A stretch of DNA of 57,700 nt, filler included, from Basidiobolus ranarum (Eukaryota), in the NCBI GenBank assembly GCA_040143965.1. It is 5 parts of 5 records of this genome, joined end to end, with 100 filler letters (N's around TTAATTAATTAA, not from the genome) between each part and the next. Parts side by side here need not be neighbours in the genome. Positions count along the whole stretch, not along the records: positions 46,254 to 57,700 come from JASJQH010007488.1; 4 more parts are not named here. One strand, written 5' to 3'. The position numbers and the translations under genes are program-made. Positions 49,663 through 57,700 of the stretch are shown here, piece after piece. The notes beneath the pieces are model-generated. The model worked only from the letters and a program-made list of their open reading frames with translations, ran no database searches and was not told where the DNA came from. Each line of letters starts with the position of its first letter. The stretch's first letter is position 1.

Positions 49663-50649
49663 TTTAGAGGTAGAGCGGTTCAGATATAACTGGTATAACC
49701 TTCTTGAGTCAAAGATATGGCTCTTATATACTTTTAAGCGGGCCAGATACTATTATCGAAGTAAGCAAATGACCGCATTCCTTTCACAGAATATTCTGTG
49801 TTTTTTCACTGCCTGAGTGGCGAGAGTCGGGAAGTATCCCTCAAATTAACCCTTATCTCCTAAGCAAAACTATCGCATTTTGAATTTATATTAGTGACTA
49901 TAATACTTTGTTATTCTAACTTCACCAAGTGTTTGGATTACTTAGCACCACTTCAAATTGGTACGTGGGTCTATTATTGGCAGTATAAATAAAATCCTCC
50001 AATCAATCGGCCAACTTGGGTTACTTGACTGATCAATGATCACCAACACATGCATTAGGCAACTTTCATTCAGGCTAGGCCCAAGAGACAACCTTTTCGG
50101 TGGTAACATCTATTTATTGGATTGAATAGAAGGCGTTATTCAGTATCTCGGTCGTATTAAAATGTTGGTAGATGGAGTTGATCCGATATGTATATCACTA
50201 AGCAAGGATAATATAGTCCTGCTAGCTACACTATAAACAACCGCACCGCCAACTCCCACACTATCTAGGAGTATCAAAGTAACCCAGCCAGGTCCAAAAT
50301 ACTCACATGGGACTTTATATCAGATGACTCTCAAGTAATTCATATTGATTTTCTGTTTATTATCACAGAGTTACTGAGAGACTCTGCGTAACAGCACCCT
50401 TTATCTACAAGTGACACCTGAGTGCTGTTATGTAGCAGATGTTGCTATCGCTCGGCCAATTTTTGATTTGTTAACTGGCAGATACGCTCAATTGGAGAGG
50501 CACACTATCAATAAACTATACTGTTATATTTAATTTATAATCCAATTTGTATCAAACAAACTATTTTTAGAACAATTGAGGGGAAGAATTCTAGGGGATC
50601 GTGTCGTGTATGCTAACATCTAAGGGAAGATCGGAATTTAAAGTGTGGC

Positions 50650-51009
50650 TTAATTCAGTAAGAAGTTGACATCCATCAAACGGGTATTTTTGCCCGTTTC
50701 TTGGGTATAATTTCTAGTACAGTTACATTTGTCTTGGTCTTGTTGGTGATTCTCCATCGTTAGTGTGTCTGCACTTCTCTGGTCAGATATACTTCTCATG
50801 TTCTCTGTGGTTCCGCTACCATTGGAGGAGTGATACATATTCTCATGGCGAGTAAGTTGATCACTGCGTGTGAAAGACCTAGTGCAATCAATATGTGGGC
50901 AGACATACAAGTTCTCACCAGTGTGCCGTCTCATGTGACGCTTGTAATTATCTCTTCGTCCAAAAGATTTTCCACATACCAGACATTGCATTCTTTTACT
51001 GTTTATCAT
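50650..51009 (-). CDS. Two-finger C2H2 zinc-finger transcription factor, paralogue of 49165..49662
   Basis: CLVC..RRDNYKRHMRRH-TGENL-CPHIDC..RSDQLTRH. First ATG is at 51009, downstream of a TATAAA near 51095. Confidence 0.9.
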   Translation of the reverse strand: MINSKRMQCLVCGKSFGRRDNYKRHMRRHTGENLYVCPHIDCTRSFTRSDQLTRHENMYHSSNGSGTTENMRSISDQRSADTLTMENHQQDQDKCNCTRNYTQETGKNTRLMDVNFLLN

Positions 51010-53972
51010 ACTAAGGGTTAATAAGGCACAAGGAAGGTTAGAGTTAAGTAATATAGATAAAGAAACGATTTTCAACCAAGTCGTTTGACATTTATAGTCT
51101 TTTCAACAATCGAACTCGAATGAAACTCCATTGTTCACTTGGTTGACCTTTTTTCTACCTCGTCTTTAGTCATGACACCTACTGCTTTGTTTCATCTCGT
51201 TGTGAGTTCTTTTGTACAATGATGTCACTTGGGCTATTTAATGCGCAGTTCTCAGTCAATTGCTTCGTATTGTGTGGATTTCAGTTAGGAGGCAAAATGA
51301 TTCAATCTAGCGAACTTATTTTCCCATCAATTTCATATTTTACCCAGCTAAAAGCCATGAACTTTGGCAGACGTAATATCTTGAACATGACTCCAATCTA
51401 GATCATTATGGGGAGAAACATACTGTGGTAATAGAATGGAAATTAAATCAAAGATGGTGCTGATATCCTCGTTTTCGTTTTAGATATCTTTGATTTCCAG
51501 GGAGTTGTCTCACTAATTTTCACTACATCCCTAGGTCATCGGTTCGACTCGCAGTAACTGATGTTCTAAAGTGGGATTCAGGTCCACTTGTCCTAGTATT
51601 GATTGTGGTTACTATATAAACCAACCACAATGGCACAAACATGGGTATTCATCTGTAGCTTGTAAATGTCATTTGAAGAGAAACTAGCGTTGATACGTTG
51701 CTTTAATGTTCATTGTGTGGAGTATTAGTAGTAATACAAGGGTTATGACTATCAAACATTCGGAGTGTCGGGTAGCTTATTTGTGTGCGTGTGTATGTGT
51801 ATATGCTACTATCTCTCTTCAACTAGAAGTAAACATTGACACAGGAATATATTTTCAACTTTGTATGTACCACAAAGATTGGCGGAACTCTATCCTTTTT
51901 TATCATTAATTTGGCACTCTGTTGATAGTATGCCGTTTATTTACTTTTATATTTGTTGATGTCACTCAAAGCCTCTTTCTTTCTATTACCACTATTCTTG
52001 GTTTGTTCGTCTTCCTATACATTGTTAATACTCGACAAAATGCTTGAGACCCACTCAGCTGATGCGGGTTTGACCATTTCTGTCTCATCTTTACTGATAT
52101 ACTACTGGAATTCTATGTGTACTCCATTCTCTACAGAATCCAGCCAATCCAATTTCACTTTCATAACGTATTGCTAGGATGTACTCTGCTTCTGTGCGAG
52201 CGCTCTTTCTAGTTGCAATTAAGTATGATGATGATGAGATATGGCTTAAAAAAACTTGGATATATTCCTTTATTAGTTATACTTTTATGGTATATTTTCG
52301 GGTGAAAGCACTTGGTGGCCTTCCGCATTCATCACCGTAAGGTTATACCATGTATAGTTATCGAATATTTGTACCAACCAAGTATCGTTGCGATTGAATC
52401 ATATTTTCTTCAGTATTTCTTGAATATTTGTCTTATGTCATTGGTAAATTATTTACTACTCTGGATGATGACTCCCCACCATCTCCCACGCGTATATACA
52501 TGGATAGCTATAACGCCACTACTCACTTAACATAAGAAAGGTTTTCAGTATGTATATGCATCTAGCTTGACCTCATTCCAACAAGGGTGCATAAGCTTAT
52601 CAAGATAGATAACCCTATACAAACAAAGTTTGAAGTCTTCCCTGGTGCTACAGATTGAACACAACTAGTGACACAGATAAAGATGATAAATTCCGAACCA
52701 TAAGTGATTCTAGATTGTGAACCTCATGATCTGCAAGCTTGGACTGTGAAGTAAACTTTTGGGAGGTCATGCATTGAATTTCTTTCAGAGGCTCAATGAT
52801 TTGGAAAGAATATTATGTTTAACATTGCTTTCAATTTGTGGCTTGAATAGTTAACCAATGAGTGTTACATAATGACCAAACCATGACATCATGTCTCCAT
52901 ACTATTTGGAACTATCCTCGTGTCGAAATCAGTACAATGTCCACTAACACGTGACTAGGACATTTTGCAGTTCTGATAGAGTTTGTGTGATACCCCAATG
53001 GTTTTGACTGAAAATTAATTTTACTTGTGGACTTGAGCCAAGAGAAATTGTAATATCTGAGTAAGGTAATTCTACAAATGACTAGAATTATCTTCTCAAG
53101 ACGCTCCAGTGGAAATCAAGCCAGTAAATGTGGGTATTGATATTGCTATCTAAGCGAGAGCGAGATCTCTGAGAATACGATTGTTGGATCAAAATATTTA
53201 ACTGCGCTATGTACACTAATATGTATTTTTTTTGAAAGGATTTTTCAAATGGCAATATTGTTACATTTACCATACGATTTAACTTAATATTTATCACACA
53301 GCTTAATCAGAGCCCAGATAACAGTCTCTGCCAGCACGAATCTGATTTCACTGCTCGTGGTAATGTTACTTACCTTTGTATACAGTACGATCAGTAATTA
53401 GTTTTGATCTCTCGTTTTTGTCCATTAAATATGAAATGAGCTCTTGTCTGGGTAATTATCCATTGGTTTTTCCTGATATAGTGACAAATAATATCACAAA
53501 ACTGTCAAGTTAAGTCAGCTATATATTTTTCAAGAATTTGTAAGAGTTTAGAGCAGGATAGCATTCAAAAACATTCTTAAGATAATTGAGAAACTAATAT
53601 ACCCTAACATGTGTATACTTATAAGCAACCCATATCTATTCCTGATAGCTAGGTACACCATGTGCCATTTATCAGGTTGAGTTAACCAATAAGTTTGTTG
53701 GGCTTGTGATAAAGGAAGTGAAGTTATTATCCAGCTGTTTAAATGTCTTATTCATGCTTAAACCATACATTGGAGAATTTTGGTCATTTAAACTTCATGT
53801 TCAAGATTATATCTTTTTCTTTTATGCATGCTAAAACTCTGTAGTGACATCATCAATCCTCTATAAGTCATTGTTGATAGTTGGTTCAAGTAACTTTAGA
53901 TCTCAATCTTGACAATTTTGTGGTTGAGCCAAACTATCCTACTATTTTGTATGAAATCTCTCAGGTGTGAGG

Positions 53973-54458
53973 TGTTAAAGTGTTTTGGGAGTTTGTTGGA
54001 AGTAGTTTGGGGAACTAGAAGAATTGGGGGATTTCACTTATTGTTTAATTGAGTGAAAGTTGACATTTACAGCTTTGTCAAGATGCAAACAAGCTTGTAC
54101 AATGTATTAAGGAAGGTTCAAGGAATACGCTTGCAAAGTTTTGTTAAAGTGTTTGAGAGTCAGTTGGAAGTGGTTTGCAGAGTTAGAGAACTTGATTGTT
54201 TTCATTTGTTGATTTATTGAGTTGAAAGCTGACAATAATACTTTTGTCAAGATATAGACAAATAAGCATGTATAATGTACTAAGGAAGGTGCCAGAAACA
54301 TGTGTGCAAGGTCTGGGGCTTCTAGCACAAGTTTAAAAAAATCTATAGATCTGAGAACTTCTAAGTTAATTACTCTTGAGAATAGTGGGTGATATCTTAG
54401 TGCAATATAGGATAGCTCATTATGCTATACAGGTGCTTAGGCTATGCTTATTACAATA
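53973..54458 (-). repeat. Two adjoining copia LTRs (partial 53973..54141; 54142..54458 with an internal deletion)
   Basis: Both begin TGTTAAAGTGTTT on the + strand and align to the reverse complement of LTR 45110..45458. Confidence 0.85.
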
Positions 54459-54919
54459 GTAAGTGCTATTCCCATGAAAGTTCTCTACCTTGATATACCT
54501 ATTGAGCAGTAACAGAGAAATGAATCAGATTACCAACTACTTTATACAGGATTAAAAAAGGTTTTGTAAATGTAACTGATATCATATAAAATAAAACTAT
54601 CAGAAATGGCTTCATGAGCTGTCTTGAAAGCATGGACTGATTACCACGTTGTCTTTCTTGCCTCTTTGAAGAATGTTACAATTGTTAAAAATGGAACTAA
54701 CCACCTCACAACTCATGAATCTTGCTTAGCATAGCTGATATTCATTCAGTCAATACTTTATTAGAAAAATCTGTCATATATACTATGAATATATTTGATA
54801 AATGTCAGAAATGTTCGAAACAATTTAACTTTTTTAATTTAATCCATGACACCTCAAACAGATACCACAAATTGCTTAACATTGCAGGAACATATCCCTG
54901 TATTATTTCTCTTCATTCT

Positions 54920-55260
54920 TGTAGAAATTAGCGTTGTCTAAGCACCTATACAATCAAATATAGCTTAGTATTAAGTTATCCTATATTGAACTAAGATACC
55001 ACTTGCTATTCTCAAGAGGAATTTACTGAGGATATTTCTACCAACTTAAAAACTATTGGGGATATATATTTTTTCAAACTTCTATTAGAAGCCCCAAACC
55101 TTGCACACATGTTTCTGAGATCTTCCATAGCACAATCTGCATGTTTATTTGCTTACCTCTCAGCAAGACTATAAATGTCAACTGTGTATTCAACAAGTGA
55201 AACCACCAATTTCTCTAGTTCTCCAAACCACTTCCTACAGGCTCTCAAAATACTTAAACA
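54920..55260 (+). repeat. Solo copia LTR (341 bp)
   Basis: TGTAGAAATTAGC...TACTTAAACA, collinear with 45110..45458. Confidence 0.9.
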
Positions 55261-57700
55261 TCTCCTAGTAAATATGGAAACCATGTTCCTATGACCTACC
55301 ACATCACAATCTCTATGTTTATATGTATACCTCTTGACAAAACTATAAATATGTATCACCATAGGAACACAATATATACTGAATAATAATATAGTGAAAT
55401 TTAGATTGCTAACTATATGACTATATAGATACTTAAACTGTGTCGTTTTCAACACATAAAACATTACTGTATTTCATATGTTAACTCATATAATCGTACA
55501 TACTGGACATTGATTATCGACAACTCTACTACAGCCAACTAAGTTCTTGTGAAAGGATAAACACTGCATCCTCGTTATGGAATGAATACAATCTGAAAGG
55601 AATTTATGAAGTACCATACTTCAAGAACTATGTTTGGTGAGTGACCAATTGGTACCTTCTAAAACTTGGGCCTGTGGGAAGAAAACTACTTTTTGACTTG
55701 CCTTATTGATGGTTTGTCTTTATTCGTCCCGGTTGTAAACCTTCCTATTTGTTCTCAATCACGCACACGAGTGCTATTACCAGGAGCAATCAAGTTGTAA
55801 CACATAACTGCTCAAAATGTCAGTAACAGTAACCCAGAGTCAACATATTAAGAAATCTAATCTGATGAACCAGGCTTTTGCAACTTGAAGCTCAGGCGCT
55901 TACGTGTTGGAGTTTGATTATAAGTAGGCAATTACAATACACCAAGTGCAGAGCATAAAATAACCACTTTAGATATACTTTGGATAATTCGGAGTTACTA
56001 CTCCCTTCTCAATATCAATTTTAAATAAGCATTCTCATTTCAACGTCTATGCATTCGGTTTAGCATTAAGAATGAGCAGAAAATTTAGTAAATATCTATT
56101 ATAGAATATCACCTACACCCACTCCACTCAGTATCTATGAATGGTAATCACTGATTATCTGATAATTCAAGCAACTGCTTCGGAATAATCGCAAACATTC
56201 GAGCAAATAGAAAATGAGGTAACTTGGGATAGTCTCTAGTGGTTCAACACTTTGAAAGACCGACTAATTTCTAACACCGGTATCAAATTCTGCAATGCTT
56301 AGGACTGGTATTAATGCCAGTATCTCACAATTAGAATAGCCTATTGATATTGGGTATTTGAGATAAGCTTCAAGTATAAAGATGCCATTAAGTAAAATAC
56401 AACTAGTATATACATCAAGCGGCGTTCATACCCATGAGCTGAATAGAAAATTGCCACATTATCACTAGTATTGCACTAGATTTCCGTTGGAAAAATAAAG
56501 ATCCTAGTCGATAAAACTACAAACGGTACTCCAACTGGAATGGTTTATATCGGACTCTAACTTTTAGAGAAACAATTCTCCACAGCACTGATCTGGAGAC
56601 CTTTGCCTTCATGTACAACTTGGTAATTAAAAGTACATACTTCAATGCATACGTAGTATTCTTACCCATAAATTATGTTAATTAATGCCTCTGTTCTATT
56701 AGAGGAACGTTGAATTCTCTCAATTACTCATGTTACGGTATACATCTATTGAGTGGATATTTCAACAGGCTTTGGTTCCATTCGTTTTATATTAAATTTC
56801 TCTGTCAATGGTATTTGTAGTATTTTGATAATACTTGCTTCCAACACTCCTTAGCATTGAATCCTAAGATGTTACCTTAATCGAGTTGGAATAGCCCGTA
56901 ATCTCATGTTATTAACTCCGACCGCACCCCGCATCCAAATGTTTACGCCAACATTTATATATATACAAAAACATTTTATACTGTCAAAAGACTCATAAAA
57001 ATAACACCAACGATTGGGATGTAATGATTACATAGTGACTCCTTCTATACAGTAGATAAGCAATCAACTATTTGCTCATATGGCCCATAGATGTGGAGAA
57101 AGAAATGTAAACGCCACTCTTGATAGTCATATTTATACAGTAAATGACATTTACTCCAAATTAACTGGACTATCAGTTTTTACGTAGATAATCCCATTCT
57201 CGATCATACGTATTTCTGCAGTTGTTATTATAAACTCCGAATAATATCAAGGAATGACAAAGAATATTTAAAGCGTATAAATTTGATCTGATTTCTAATG
57301 CTTCTTGCGACATCGACATTTCCGTAGAAGATCGAATATTTTAGGAAGGAACCTAGTCTAGATATCAAGCCAATAAAAATTTCAGTCCAAGAAACCTTTC
57401 ATGGCTCATAGTACCTTGCACTACCTTCAAACGTTGAGGGATATGGCCCGGCCAATGTGTCCCCTTGATACAATAAACCATCCAAAAACTTCAGTAGTCG
57501 TCCATTCGCATAGAGCAGTACATTGAAACAATGGAAGAAGATGATAGGGTCAAGGAGCCAGAGGCACGAGTGAAGTTGGAAGAAGTTTTGGCTGAATCAT
57601 TTGTTATGGGAAAAGGTGTGCAAACAGCCATTTAGACAAGAGTAACCTGGTCCGGTATCGTGCTACAGCTGTGGCACTTTGGATACACTAAGCTACACCG

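Noticed and set aside
50389..50430. 9-bp inverted repeat TAACAGCAC/GTGCTGTTA
   Set aside because: Single short hairpin, plausible by chance.
57500..57700. CYSCG zinc-knuckle-like relic at the window end
   Set aside because: Incomplete CCHC motif with stops nearby. Insufficient evidence.

Overview
Eukaryotic DNA, most likely an early-diverging fungus (inferred from low GC, short GT-AG introns, a Gti1/Pac2 WOPR factor, and GT10 and M64 genes). The window is not one locus. Five separate scaffolds of 11471, 11466, 11462, 11454 and 11447 bp are joined by artificial 100-nt N44-TTAATTAATTAA-N44 linkers. Scaffold 1 is a CpG-erased nest of transposons: CMC/EnSpm with CCCTAACA termini and an AAG target-site duplication, Ty3/gypsy and Ty1/copia. 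Scaffold 2 has a NimA/PNPOx-like flavoprotein, a BTB protein, an orphan, a two-LIM protein and a GT10 fucosyltransferase. Scaffold 3 has USP8/Doa4, ISA1 and Gti1/Pac2. Scaffold 4 has a Lines homologue, UBC13, a secreted M64 peptidase and nested copia elements with a half-tRNA PBS and a copia-gypsy in-frame junction. Scaffold 5 has a Gly-rich protein end, two tandem C2H2 paralogues and solo LTRs. I found no clear multi-gene novel system. The best leads are the telomere-repeat-tipped CMC transposon, repeat-specific CpG loss, the type-I-topology GT10 and the M64 peptidase.
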